64,000 bases of DNA. It comes from an uncultured Anaerolineales bacterium (GTDB lineage Bacteria; Chloroflexota; Anaerolineae; Anaerolineales; UBA11858). The translations under genes were made by a program, and so were the position numbers. The DNA is taken from NCBI GenBank assembly GCA_964453155.1, contig CAYVQU010000001.1, forward strand, positions 14,770 through 78,769, given 5' to 3'. Below are positions 19,087 to 28,723 of the stretch, one piece after another. The notes under the pieces are model-generated. The model was not told the origin of the DNA, searched no databases, and worked only from the letters and a program-made list of their open reading frames with translations. Position 1 is the stretch's first letter, and each line of letters opens with the position of its first letter.

Positions 19087-19557
19087 ATGATTGAATTAAC
19101 CATCCCAGGACGCGGCATTATTAAGCTGAAGCATTTGGTCTGCGACGTCAATGGCACCTTGGCTATTGATGGGAAACTCAGCGAGGGCCTCACCCGGAAA
19201 TTGAGTCTCCTGGGAGACCGGTTGCAAGTTCATCTCATAACTGCGAACACCCACGGATACCAGGATTTAATCGATCGTCAATTAAATTTAACCGCAACCC
19301 GCGTTTCAGCCGGGCAGGAGGCCCAGCAGAAAGCTGAGTTTGTGAATTCACTCGATCCAGATCAGGTCATTGCCATTGGCCAGGGTGCGAATGACACTGA
19401 CATGCTGGCTACCGCCCAAATTGGAATAGGGATTCTGTCCCCGGAGGGATTGGCTACATCAGCATTACTCGCAGCTGACATCATTGTCCCAAATATTCAG
19501 GCCGCCCTGGATTTAATTGAAAAACCACTTCGAATTGTGGCTACACTCCGATCATAA
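19087..19557 (+). CDS. HAD-superfamily hydrolase (small, soluble P-type-ATPase-like)
   Basis: 156 aa. Motif I-like LVCDVNGTLA and motif IV-like GQGANDTDML. Confidence 0.65.
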   Translation: MIELTIPGRGIIKLKHLVCDVNGTLAIDGKLSEGLTRKLSLLGDRLQVHLITANTHGYQDLIDRQLNLTATRVSAGQEAQQKAEFVNSLDPDQVIAIGQGANDTDMLATAQIGIGILSPEGLATSALLAADIIVPNIQAALDLIEKPLRIVATLRS

Positions 19558-19575
19558 CAGAGGGAAATCGATCCC

Positions 19576-20781
19576 ATGAGTTTACCGACCACTGCCCAAA
19601 CCCCCGACGATCCACAACAGCTTTCACCCGCTCGCCGCCGCCGGGCAAAGCGATTACTCGCGCCACTTTCATCATCTGACCAAGAGACTTTCCTGCACGA
19701 AACCACCCGGCGGATTTCCCCTTCGTTCGACTTTTTTTTATTCTCACTGCTGGCAGCGGTAACAATTTGCATCGGGTTGGCAATAGATGCCCCCGCACTC
19801 CTGGTTTTGGGCGTTTTATTTGCCCCAACGATGACTCCCATTGTCGGTTTGGCCTTGGGGACTGTTACTGGATCAACCCGATACTTTTTCCGGAGTTTGT
19901 TGGGATTACTGATCGCTTGCGGTTTGGTTTTTCTGATCGGCACGCTGACTGGTTTTCTTATTCGCGGGGCAGGGATTTCAGAATTAATCCTCGCCTTTTA
20001 CCACTCCCAGCTCAAGTGGTATCGATTACTAGTATTAAGTATTGGCGCGATCCTTACCACGCTGTCGCTGGTCCGATCCCGACGGCGGGGTGCGGTCGCC
20101 AGCGTGGCCCTCTCGTACGAATTATTTGTACCATTGGCTGTGGCCGGGGTCGGGTTGGGTAGCGGTATCCCCCATTTGTGGCCCGATGGAGTTGTGATTT
20201 TCCTGGTCCATTTGGCCTTGGCAACATTACTAAGTACGGTGCTGCTCCTCATTTTAGGTTTTAGAACATTAACGTTATTTGGCTTTACTTTAGGGGGAGT
20301 GGGGCTTCTTGTTGGCGGGATACTACTCATCGGGTTGAGTGGCATTGGCGCCGCTTTTTGGGGCCAGGTGGCGATCCCTACGCCTTTGCCAACTGTAACC
20401 CCCACAGCTACGGTGACACCTACATCGACAAATACAGCCACCATAACCAACACGCCCTTGCCGCCCACGTCGACATTTCCGCCCACATTTACCCCGTCCA
20501 TCACATTGGCTCCCAGTGAAACGCCAGCACCAAGTCCAACCCCGATTTACGCCCTGGTTGATGTTCCTGAAGATTACGGGGGAGCGATTCTACGGGTCTC
20601 CCCAGGTTTCAACGAGGAATACATCACTTCAGCCGTCAACGGCACTCTAATTCAAATTTTGAGTGAAAAACCGGTATTTGCGGATAACGTATTATGGCTC
20701 AATGTCCGCCTGCCGGATGGCACTGAAGGATGGATGCTCCAATCGGCGTTGTTAGCTGCAACCCCTGCCCCGAATTGGTGA
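19576..20781 (+). CDS. Polytopic membrane protein (DUF389-like) with Pro/Thr-rich linker and C-terminal SH3b-like domain
   Basis: 401 aa. TM-rich core, then TPLPTVTPTATVTPTSTNTATITNTPLPPTSTFPPTFTP, then YALVDVPEDYGGAILRVSPG...LWLNVRLPDGTEGWMLQSALL, a bacterial SH3 pattern. Confidence 0.55.
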   Translation: MSLPTTAQTPDDPQQLSPARRRRAKRLLAPLSSSDQETFLHETTRRISPSFDFFLFSLLAAVTICIGLAIDAPALLVLGVLFAPTMTPIVGLALGTVTGSTRYFFRSLLGLLIACGLVFLIGTLTGFLIRGAGISELILAFYHSQLKWYRLLVLSIGAILTTLSLVRSRRRGAVASVALSYELFVPLAVAGVGLGSGIPHLWPDGVVIFLVHLALATLLSTVLLLILGFRTLTLFGFTLGGVGLLVGGILLIGLSGIGAAFWGQVAIPTPLPTVTPTATVTPTSTNTATITNTPLPPTSTFPPTFTPSITLAPSETPAPSPTPIYALVDVPEDYGGAILRVSPGFNEEYITSAVNGTLIQILSEKPVFADNVLWLNVRLPDGTEGWMLQSALLAATPAPNW

Positions 20782-20810
20782 AGAACTCCGACCACAGGCG
20801 GGAGTTCTTC
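20780..20810. terminator. Hairpin between convergent genes (10-bp stem GAAGAACTCC / GGAGTTCTTC)
   Basis: Read directly. It overlaps the TGA of the upstream + gene and has no clear U-run. Confidence 0.35.
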
Positions 20811-20835
20811 ATATGGATAAGGGTTATTTAGTTTT

Positions 20836-21249
20836 TCAGGCTAAATCTGTGGGGGTGAATGCTCCTGGGAGGAGTTTCGCAACCGAGGTTTCTTCCAGAA
20901 TTTCCCCAGCACCGTTAGTAATGATTACAATCGTATTTAGTCCAAACTCGGCTAATACTTGCCGGCATGATCCGCAAGGGGAGCCCCCATTGTCGGTCAT
21001 AACGACGATCGCGGTGAAATCTTGCTCACCCGCAGTAACGGCTGAAAATACGGCCACCCGTTCAGCACACATGGTGGTTGGGTAGGCGGCGCTTTCAACA
21101 TTTACCCCTGTAAAAACTTTCCCTGATCCAGTCAATAGAGCCGCACTAACCGGATATTTTGAGTATGGGGAATAAGCGTTTGAGCGCACATTTTGCGCCA
21201 TTGTAATTAAGTTATTTTTACTCTTTAGACTCAACATTCTAATTTCCAT
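20836..21249 (-). CDS. cdd: Cytidine deaminase
   Basis: Zinc-ligand motifs CAERVA and PCGSCRQV; NAYSPYSKYPV. An alternative ATG at 21237 (MLSLKSKNNLIT...) fits the usual Cdd N-terminus better. Confidence 0.9.
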   Translation of the reverse strand: MEIRMLSLKSKNNLITMAQNVRSNAYSPYSKYPVSAALLTGSGKVFTGVNVESAAYPTTMCAERVAVFSAVTAGEQDFTAIVVMTDNGGSPCGSCRQVLAEFGLNTIVIITNGAGEILEETSVAKLLPGAFTPTDLA

Positions 21250-22495
21250 TTGGAGCTAACCACTTGGCACGTACTTGATGGATGCGGCGATTACTAACCC
21301 GTTCTACAATTAGGTCCAAATTATCTACCCTTACACTTTCACCAGAAACAGGAACATGCCCTAACCGGCCATATATAAACCCACTGAGGGTATCTGCTTC
21401 TGAAGGTGGCAATTCAGTCGCCATTATTTCGTTAAAATCATCCAAGTCGATGCGCCCCCGGAATAAATAATCACCATCAGCCTCGACTTCATAAGGCAAC
21501 TCTTCTTCGTCATATTCATCCTGGATTTCACCAAAAATTTCTTCAATGATGTCCTCCAGAGTGACGACGCCCGCGACACCACCGTATTCATCAACCACAA
21601 TGGCCATATGGACCCGCCGACGCTGCAGCTCAGCCAGTAATTCATCCACTTTTTTGGCTTCTGGCACAAAATAGGGATCGCGCAATAAGCCCTTCATGTT
21701 TCCAGATCGACCATTGCCTTCTCGCCAAACTTTCAATAAATCTTTAGCATACAAAATACCGCTGACATTATCCACCCGTCCTTCAAAAACTGGCACCCGG
21801 GAATATCCGGAATTCAAGAGAGAGTCCAAAGCCTCAGTGAGCGGCGTATCAATATCCAAAGCCGACATTTCAATCCGGGGCACCATAATTTCGCGAGTCA
21901 GCGTATCGCCCAATTGGAAGACCGAAAAAATCATCTGGCGTTCTTCCTGTTCGAGAATCCCTTCTTGTTGACCAGCCTCCACCAATGTCTTCAATTCTTC
22001 TTCGGTAACAACACTGGTAGGATCATCTATATTGTTGTTATCACCCGATATCCAAATCGTAAGGCTGACAAATGGATAAAGTATCAGGTTCACGCCTTTA
22101 ATAAATATGGCCAACCGTAATACCCATGGTTCTGCCGACCGACTCACCATTCGGATAATCCACCATTCAAACAGGGCAATAATTATCCCAATGAGTATCA
22201 TCAAACCAATAAAAAGACCAACCGATTTTGTCGTTGGCCCCCAGGATATTACATATAAAAATAAACCCATAAGTACAAACCGGCTGATTGACTGAAAAAT
22301 ATACAAACCGGCCAAATGACGTGGCATCGAATTCAGAAGGTTTAACGAAAGCTCTACCTGAATTCCTTGTTGCTCTTTTAGTTGCAACACGCGCGCTAAA
22401 TTGGAATTGCGTAAAGCTGACCGGGAAGCAATTGTTATTAAATCGAGACAGAGAACAAATACCAGGCCGATTACCATAAAATTTTGAGCGTTCAT
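21239..22495 (-). CDS. CNNM/CorC-family protein (DUF21 membrane domain + CBS pair + CorC_HlyC)
   Basis: 418 aa. N-terminal TM domain, a CBS pair region (REIMVPRIEM...VPVFEGRVDNVSGILYAKDLL) and a C-terminal transporter-associated domain. Confidence 0.85.
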   Translation of the reverse strand: MNAQNFMVIGLVFVLCLDLITIASRSALRNSNLARVLQLKEQQGIQVELSLNLLNSMPRHLAGLYIFQSISRFVLMGLFLYVISWGPTTKSVGLFIGLMILIGIIIALFEWWIIRMVSRSAEPWVLRLAIFIKGVNLILYPFVSLTIWISGDNNNIDDPTSVVTEEELKTLVEAGQQEGILEQEERQMIFSVFQLGDTLTREIMVPRIEMSALDIDTPLTEALDSLLNSGYSRVPVFEGRVDNVSGILYAKDLLKVWREGNGRSGNMKGLLRDPYFVPEAKKVDELLAELQRRRVHMAIVVDEYGGVAGVVTLEDIIEEIFGEIQDEYDEEELPYEVEADGDYLFRGRIDLDDFNEIMATELPPSEADTLSGFIYGRLGHVPVSGESVRVDNLDLIVERVSNRRIHQVRAKWLAPNGN

Positions 22496-22630
22496 TTATT
22501 ACCGTTCTACTAAGTGGGTGACGGTAGGTACTTCGGAGTAAAACTGACAAGATTTACCATCACGCCTGAGCAATTTTCAGTTTGAGCAAGAAGTCAATTT
22601 CAAGCTTCTTCCCGAAAGCTACTTTGATAA

Positions 22631-23992
22631 TCAATCTTTTGATTGATCTTTTTTCAGCTTGCGAATGGCTCGGGCCGGAATGCCAACAACCAATGTATCT
22701 GCGGGGACATCCTTGGTAACCACAGAACCAGCTCCAGTTCGGGCGCCATCTTGAATATTTAATGGTGCCACTAACATCGAGTCACTGCCAATAAATACGT
22801 CGGCGCCAATTTTGGTGGGATGTTTTTGTGAACCATCATAATTGCAAGTGATTGTTCCAGCCCCAATATTGACGTTGGGACCAATGGTTGCATCGCCCAG
22901 ATAAGAAAAATGACCCATCTTGGTCCCAGGCCCTAAATAGGAATTTTTGACTTCGCCATAATTCCCCATATGGACGCCCTCGGCCAGATGAGCACCTTTC
23001 CGCAAATGGCCGTACGGACCGACATCGACTTTATCTTCCAGCACTGCGCTTTCAACTACGGACGAAAATATTTCGCACCGATCCCCAATTTTTGAATCCC
23101 GAATTACAGAATTCGGCCCCAAAATACAGGCTTCACCAACTTGAGTGTTGCCCTGCAAATAGGTGTTGGGCCAAATGACGGTGTCAGGACCAACCAAAAC
23201 TCCGGATTCAATATAAGTGGAGGCTGGATCAACAATGGTCACCCCTGATTCCATCAATTCGGTATTGATACGGCGTTGCATAATCGCGGTGGCTTCAGCC
23301 AAATGCACTCGGGTATTTATACCGATCAACTCATCCGGATCGTCCAATTTAATGGTTTCGATTTGTTTACCATCTGCGGCCGCAATACCCGCCAAGTCTG
23401 TGAGGTAATACTCGCCTTTTGGGGAAAGCTCGATGCGTGGAAGAGCGTCCCAGAGCCAATCTGATGAAAAACAATACATCCCGGCGTTCAACTCCCGAAT
23501 TGCTAACTCGTCTGGGGTGGCCTGGACCTCTTCAACGATCCCTTTTACAGCACCGTTTTCATCCCGTACCACCCGGCCGAATCCATGGGGATCATCCATT
23601 TCAACCGTCAACATCGTCATCGGGCCCGGATTGATCAGTTGAGCGTCAACCAGGCGTTGCAAAGTTTTTGGACGGACCAGGGGCATATCACCATAAACCA
23701 CCAAGACCAAATCGGTATTACCTCGTAAATGGGTTTCGGCTTGTTGAACCGCATGGGCCGTTCCCAGGCGTTGCTCTTGAACAACAAATTGGACTTCGGT
23801 TGTAATTCTTTGGCGAACCTCATCAGCCCCATTGCCAATGACGACTACCGGGGGGGTATCAGATACTATCTTAGCATTTCCTACCGCATATTCAACCAAC
23901 GTCCGCCCTAAAATGGGGTGGAGAACCTTTGGGAGGTTCGAACGCATGCGGGTACCTTGCCCCGCAGCGATGATGACAGGTGTAATTTTCAT
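22631..23992 (-). CDS. glmU: Bifunctional UDP-N-acetylglucosamine pyrophosphorylase / GlcN-1-P acetyltransferase
   Basis: MKITPVIIAAGQGTRM start (ATG 23990-23992, GGAG upstream; the ORF track starts at TTG 24019). C-terminal left-handed beta-helix hexapeptide repeats. Confidence 0.92.
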   Translation of the reverse strand: MKITPVIIAAGQGTRMRSNLPKVLHPILGRTLVEYAVGNAKIVSDTPPVVVIGNGADEVRQRITTEVQFVVQEQRLGTAHAVQQAETHLRGNTDLVLVVYGDMPLVRPKTLQRLVDAQLINPGPMTMLTVEMDDPHGFGRVVRDENGAVKGIVEEVQATPDELAIRELNAGMYCFSSDWLWDALPRIELSPKGEYYLTDLAGIAAADGKQIETIKLDDPDELIGINTRVHLAEATAIMQRRINTELMESGVTIVDPASTYIESGVLVGPDTVIWPNTYLQGNTQVGEACILGPNSVIRDSKIGDRCEIFSSVVESAVLEDKVDVGPYGHLRKGAHLAEGVHMGNYGEVKNSYLGPGTKMGHFSYLGDATIGPNVNIGAGTITCNYDGSQKHPTKIGADVFIGSDSMLVAPLNIQDGARTGAGSVVTKDVPADTLVVGIPARAIRKLKKDQSKD

Positions 23993-24185
23993 TTCGGCTC
24001 CAGTGTTAGCAAGTTGCAAGAAATTTCGTTAGGGCAAACAGAACCATAATCCCCCCAGGTTAAAGACAACAAGCATCGCACCGAATCTTGCTGAGCGCGA
24101 AGCTTGCTAAAAGTGGTTATATTTGATTGGAACCCTAAATGTGGGTCTTCATCAACAACAGATATCATCACAAAAAAGTGTCAGG

Positions 24186-24256
24186 CAGGGGAGCCCGGAT
24201 TCGAACCAGGATCAACGATTCCAAAGACCGCTGTGCTGCCATTGCACCACTCCCCT
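24186..24256 (-). tRNA. tRNA-Gln (anticodon TTG)
   Basis: Reverse complement is AGGGGAGTGGTGCAATGGCAGCACAGCGGTCTTTGGAATCGTTGATCCTGGTTCGAATCCGGGCTCCCCTG. Acceptor AGGGGAG/CTCCCCT, anticodon loop CTTTGGA, T loop TTCGAAT. Confidence 0.88.
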
Positions 24257-24354
24257 ACATTTTGCCTAACCTTCAAACGGGCTGCATTTTATCACAGGCT
24301 GTTCCAAAAAGGCAATGCTAAATCCACCAGATCGCAATGAAAAAAGATCGGATT

Positions 24355-25425
24355 TTATTCCGATTTTTCGTCCGGAGCTAACCCTAGTTGTACCGCTTGT
24401 TCATAGGTCAAGGCATCTGCGTTTTGCAAATTATTCGAAGTTTCATCGGCCGTGACCGTATTCCAAAATTCATCGACTTCTTCGGTCTTTGGAACATTTG
24501 CATCCACCCCTTGGAATAATGCTTCAATAAGAGGCGCTTCTTCTTCCAAATCTACAGTATCGATCTGGTCTTCAGGCTCTTCTTCCACAACGACGGGTTG
24601 GTCATCTGATTTTAATCGCACGCCCATATTGAGCAAAATTTCATGCAAATCCCCTACACCAGCATAAACTCCCCTGACAATCGTGCTCAAATCTTCATCT
24701 ATATGAATCGGATTAACCGCCACCATCAAAGCATAAGCTTCACCAACGTGTGCCAATAAAATATCATATTTGGGGCCTGAAAAATAGGATAAATCATTGG
24801 GAGGATTCGTACCTAAAAACCGTGCTACCCGTTTACTAGCACTAAAAACCGACATTAAAGAGGGCAGCAGAGATGATTCTACGGTGGCATCGGGGAGATC
24901 ACCGGCACCGGCCAAGACACGCCCGCGATCATCGATAAGAACGGCAGAGAAAGCATCTAAATCGTTCCGCAGTTTTACTAACCGCTCGGAAACATTTTCC
25001 GATGGTTTGACGGTTTCTAAGACTGAAACAGTCGGTTCTATCGGTTCAGATTCAATCAATCCTAAGGTGCGTTCAACTGAATCCAGAAAATCGGCGGGAT
25101 CCATTGGTTTTAGGAAAAAAGCATCCGCGCCAGCATCGGCCACATCTCGCCGGACTTGAGCATCAACAGTTCCGGTAATTAAAATGACTTTGAGATCTGG
25201 ATTCCGAACTCGGACCTTCTCTAATAATTCCAGGCCACTCATGCCAGGCAGCATGATGTCTGAAACTAGCAAATCAATATCTTGACCCCGAATTTCTAGG
25301 AAAGCTTCCTCCCCGGAGGGAACCGCAATCACTTCAAATTCGGACCCCAAAGTTTCAACTGCAGATTTCAACATAATCCGCAATTCGCGTTGATCATCGA
25401 CAATGAGTACTCGGTACGAGGCCAT
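24355..25425 (-). CDS. Response regulator: REC receiver domain + Roadblock/LC7-like middle domain + acidic tail
   Basis: 356 aa. REC region VLIVDDQ...DLLVSDIMLPGMSGLELL...KVILITG. Middle region LDAFSAVLIDDRGRVLAGAGDLPD...YALMVAVNP resembles Roadblock/MglB (inference). No DNA-binding domain seen. Confidence 0.75.
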   Translation of the reverse strand: MASYRVLIVDDQRELRIMLKSAVETLGSEFEVIAVPSGEEAFLEIRGQDIDLLVSDIMLPGMSGLELLEKVRVRNPDLKVILITGTVDAQVRRDVADAGADAFFLKPMDPADFLDSVERTLGLIESEPIEPTVSVLETVKPSENVSERLVKLRNDLDAFSAVLIDDRGRVLAGAGDLPDATVESSLLPSLMSVFSASKRVARFLGTNPPNDLSYFSGPKYDILLAHVGEAYALMVAVNPIHIDEDLSTIVRGVYAGVGDLHEILLNMGVRLKSDDQPVVVEEEPEDQIDTVDLEEEAPLIEALFQGVDANVPKTEEVDEFWNTVTADETSNNLQNADALTYEQAVQLGLAPDEKSE

Positions 25426-25534
25426 ATTGGAGTTATTTTATCATGATTCAGGGCTAAAAGACTGTTTATCAGCCGGCAACAACCTGATAATATTGTTGGT
25501 TTAGCAAGTTAGTGGGAACTAGCCGATGGACATT

Positions 25535-27661
25535 TCATTTCTCGGGCAATAAGACCTGAACCCCGGTTTGAAAGCCGTTTTGATATTCGATTCCATTTAA
25601 AATCTTAGTATATGGAAAGTTGACATTCTCAGCTACAAACTCGGTAACTGCGCGGGTATAAAGGGGGATGAAGGGCCGCTGATCGGCCAACATTTTTTGC
25701 ATCTGCAACCCATATTCGCGCCCGTTTTCCAAATCATTAGCCTGCTCGAAAGCCTCTGCCAGGATATCAAACTCAGCATTTTTGAAGCAAGAGGTATTCA
25801 ATCCGCCAGTTTCAAGCGTACAGTTGCTGCTATGCCAGAAAGTTTCGAAATATCCTGGATAAGCTGGGTTGCCAAGAGAGGTGCCAAAGATATATAAGTC
25901 ATAATCTGCAGCCACGAAAACTGCATCGAGGATAGCATTTCGGTCTGTCAGCTCGGATTGCACCGGAATTCCCAAATCCCGGGCCCATTCTGAAATCCTG
26001 TGAGTGAAAGTGGCCCGAACAAAATCAAACTCAGGACCAGGACCTAAAATTGTAATTTCAGGCATCGGATCACCCGTTGGCATCGTCAAACCATCGCCGG
26101 GGAGTATTGCTTGGGCGGCAGCATCCCAGGCCGGTTCGGTTTTCCAGACCCAGCCGGCATCTTTTAGAACCTGGACTGCCAGGGTCACTCTTTCTTGACG
26201 CGATCGTTTTTGATAAGGGTTGACGATATCAGGGTTATGCCAAAAAGTGTTTTCCGGCAGAACGGAGGAATACAACGGTTGGAGGGTAGCAGTCGAAACT
26301 TCTGTGATGATCCATTCACGATCCAGAAGAATGTCAAACACCTGTCGAAATTCAGAGGTTGAGAGGGGGTATTTCTGGGTATTAAAAGCTAAATAGAACA
26401 TTTCGTTGGCAGAGTTGGTAATCTCAACCAGGTGTTCTCCATTCCGCAACTCATCGATCTGGGGCGGCGTCAGCCCAATCGGATTAAGAACATAATCAAT
26501 ATCCCCACGCCCTAATGACTTCAGGGCGGCTTCTTGGGATCCAAAAATAACATAATCCAACCCAGGACTAAAAGCCTGATCTTGATACTGCCATAATGGA
26601 TCACTCGCGGGTTCGCCATACAAAGTATTTGTCATCCCATTTACAAATTGGCGGGTCCAAGTCCCATTCCGGTAACCGGTGAGGAGGGTATCGCGAAAAT
26701 AGTATTCATCATTGGGAACCAAGCGAATTAATTCTCCCGGCAGCCAATCGGCTAGTTTATAACCACCTGCAACCGGGTAATCTTGAACATCGTGTGAGTA
26801 CAAATGTTGCCGGGCCTGTTCATAGACATCATCATAAGTTGCCCAACTATCACAAAGCGACTGCTCAGAGGGGGTCAACTTTAGAGCAGCACAATACGCT
26901 GGCCGGTCATCAAGCGGCGGCAAGGTTGTCCGAATCATTTCCTGGGCCTCAGAAACAATATCTTGCCAATAATGTTTGGGGAGGATGGGCGCTAGGGCGA
27001 TGCCAAACTGCCAGGTTTTTAAGGTTGGCGCTTGCCCCCTAAAGGTGTACTTCACTTGATATTCCCCCTGAGCGACGACCTCGATATTCGTTCCCTCCGG
27101 GCGGCAAAGATCGGCCCAGTAATGGGTGAGTTGCAAGTCCTGGCAAACCTGAATGGTAAATTCCACATCTTGGGCAGTGATCGGAGCACCATCACTCCAG
27201 ACGGCAGCGGGGATCATCTCAACTACAATTTCCCAGGAGCCATCTTCGGTTGGTTGTGGGCTAGGAATATCCAGCGCTAGAGAGGGTACAAATTGATACT
27301 GCTGACCTGCTAATGTGAAAAGATGAGCGGCATCATTTCCAATGATATACCCTGTCCAAACTGAACTGCCCGGGCCAAGGTAATTCCAGTAATTTAGGGA
27401 GGCCGGTTCTTCATAGATTCCAATCCGAAATACATCACAACAACGCTCATCAGCTGCTGGGATGGTGGGTTCCGCAGTCGGCTTGGGAGTTGATTTCTGA
27501 GCGGTTGGTTCGGTTTCTAACTCTTTTTCGGCGGCCGACGTCTGCACTGCCACCGCGGTTTGAGAGCTCGCAGTAGGTTCAGGATTACCCGTTTGGCAAC
27601 TCGAGAGAAAAAAGAGTGCTATTCCAACGAAAATGCTACCAATGATATTTTTTTGATACAT
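25535..27661 (-). CDS. ABC transporter substrate-binding lipoprotein, family 5 (peptide/nickel type), oversized (708 aa)
   Basis: Signal plus lipobox FFLSSC, a long low-complexity tether, then an SBP_bac_5-like body. Confidence 0.85.
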   Translation of the reverse strand: MYQKNIIGSIFVGIALFFLSSCQTGNPEPTASSQTAVAVQTSAAEKELETEPTAQKSTPKPTAEPTIPAADERCCDVFRIGIYEEPASLNYWNYLGPGSSVWTGYIIGNDAAHLFTLAGQQYQFVPSLALDIPSPQPTEDGSWEIVVEMIPAAVWSDGAPITAQDVEFTIQVCQDLQLTHYWADLCRPEGTNIEVVAQGEYQVKYTFRGQAPTLKTWQFGIALAPILPKHYWQDIVSEAQEMIRTTLPPLDDRPAYCAALKLTPSEQSLCDSWATYDDVYEQARQHLYSHDVQDYPVAGGYKLADWLPGELIRLVPNDEYYFRDTLLTGYRNGTWTRQFVNGMTNTLYGEPASDPLWQYQDQAFSPGLDYVIFGSQEAALKSLGRGDIDYVLNPIGLTPPQIDELRNGEHLVEITNSANEMFYLAFNTQKYPLSTSEFRQVFDILLDREWIITEVSTATLQPLYSSVLPENTFWHNPDIVNPYQKRSRQERVTLAVQVLKDAGWVWKTEPAWDAAAQAILPGDGLTMPTGDPMPEITILGPGPEFDFVRATFTHRISEWARDLGIPVQSELTDRNAILDAVFVAADYDLYIFGTSLGNPAYPGYFETFWHSSNCTLETGGLNTSCFKNAEFDILAEAFEQANDLENGREYGLQMQKMLADQRPFIPLYTRAVTEFVAENVNFPYTKILNGIEYQNGFQTGVQVLLPEK

Positions 27662-27679
27662 CGTGCGGTCTCCTGCCGC

Positions 27680-27753
27680 AAAAAAAATAAGAACCGCGGT
27701 TTCTCACCGGTCGCAACAGCATATCGTTACGACACCAGTAAAGGCCGCGGTTC
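27680..27753 (-). terminator. Terminator/attenuator-like element between moxR and the downstream SBP gene
   Basis: GAACCGCGG (27691-27699) pairs with CCGCGGTTC (27745-27753). On the - strand the stem is followed by UUAUUUUUUUU. The large 45-nt loop makes it atypical. Confidence 0.3.
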
Positions 27754-27769
27754 GGTCGAAATTTCAACT

Positions 27770-28723
27770 TCAAGATAATGAATGTTTGCCCCCAGGAACC
27801 GGTATCCGGTCAAGAATTTCAGAGAGAATGACTTGCTCACTTAAGTCTTGCAGATGAGCACCTGGTGCCAAGATCATGCGATGCCCCAAAACAGCTTCCG
27901 CCAAAATTTGGACGTCATCGGGGATGACAAAATTGCGGCCAATCATCGCCGCCCGGGCCTGCCCGGCGCGGTAGAGTCCCAAACTGCCTCGGGGGCTGGC
28001 ACCTAAATAAGCATCAGTATGGTTTCGGGTTCGGCGCACAATTTCGACGATATACCGTTTGACCGCCGGATCGACATGGACAGATTGAATTTCTTTCTGA
28101 GCTTGTAAAACTTCAGCAACAGGTACAACTGGGGATAGAGCTTCAATGGGATGCCCAAATTGTTGGCGATCTAAAACATCGAGCTCATCGCCAAAATCAG
28201 GATACCCAAGTTTGATTCGCATTAAAAAGCGGTCGAGTTGGGCTTCGGGTAACCGGAATGTACCCTCATATTCAATCGGGTTTTGGGTTGCCAGAACCAT
28301 AAATAATTCGGGTAAATCGCGCGTCGTCCCGTCAACGGTAACCTGACGCTCCTGCATGGCTTCTAACAATGCCGATTGGGTTTTAGGTGTTGCCCGATTG
28401 ATTTCATCGGCTAAAACGATCTGAGCGATGATGGGGCCAGGGCGATATTCAAAAGTGGCGGTGGACTGATTGAAAATAGACACCCCGGTGACATCACTGG
28501 GCAGCATATCAGGGGTGAATTGAATCCGCCCAAATGAGCCGCCAATCGATTGGGCCAAACTCCGTGCCAGCATAGTTTTGCCAACGCCAGGAACATCCTC
28601 AATCAGCAAATGTCCCTGGCTCAGCAAACAATTTATCGCCAGTTCCACTGTGGCTCGTTTACCAACAATCACTTGTTCAATATTGGCGACTAATTTCTCG
28701 GATAATGTTTGAACTAATTTCAT
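27770..28723 (-). CDS. MoxR-family AAA+ ATPase
   Basis: 317 aa. Walker A EDVPGVGKT, Walker B plus sensor VLADEINRATPKTQSALLEAMQE, and the C-terminal MoxR lid region. The ATG overlaps the upstream stop (ATGA at 28720-28723). Confidence 0.92.
   Translation of the reverse strand: MKLVQTLSEKLVANIEQVIVGKRATVELAINCLLSQGHLLIEDVPGVGKTMLARSLAQSIGGSFGRIQFTPDMLPSDVTGVSIFNQSTATFEYRPGPIIAQIVLADEINRATPKTQSALLEAMQERQVTVDGTTRDLPELFMVLATQNPIEYEGTFRLPEAQLDRFLMRIKLGYPDFGDELDVLDRQQFGHPIEALSPVVPVAEVLQAQKEIQSVHVDPAVKRYIVEIVRRTRNHTDAYLGASPRGSLGLYRAGQARAAMIGRNFVIPDDVQILAEAVLGHRMILAPGAHLQDLSEQVILSEILDRIPVPGGKHSLS

Noticed and set aside
18696-19193. 165-aa - strand ORF spanning the lipoprotein start and the HAD gene start
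   Set aside because: It overlaps two better-supported genes out of frame or antisense and has no motif or SD.
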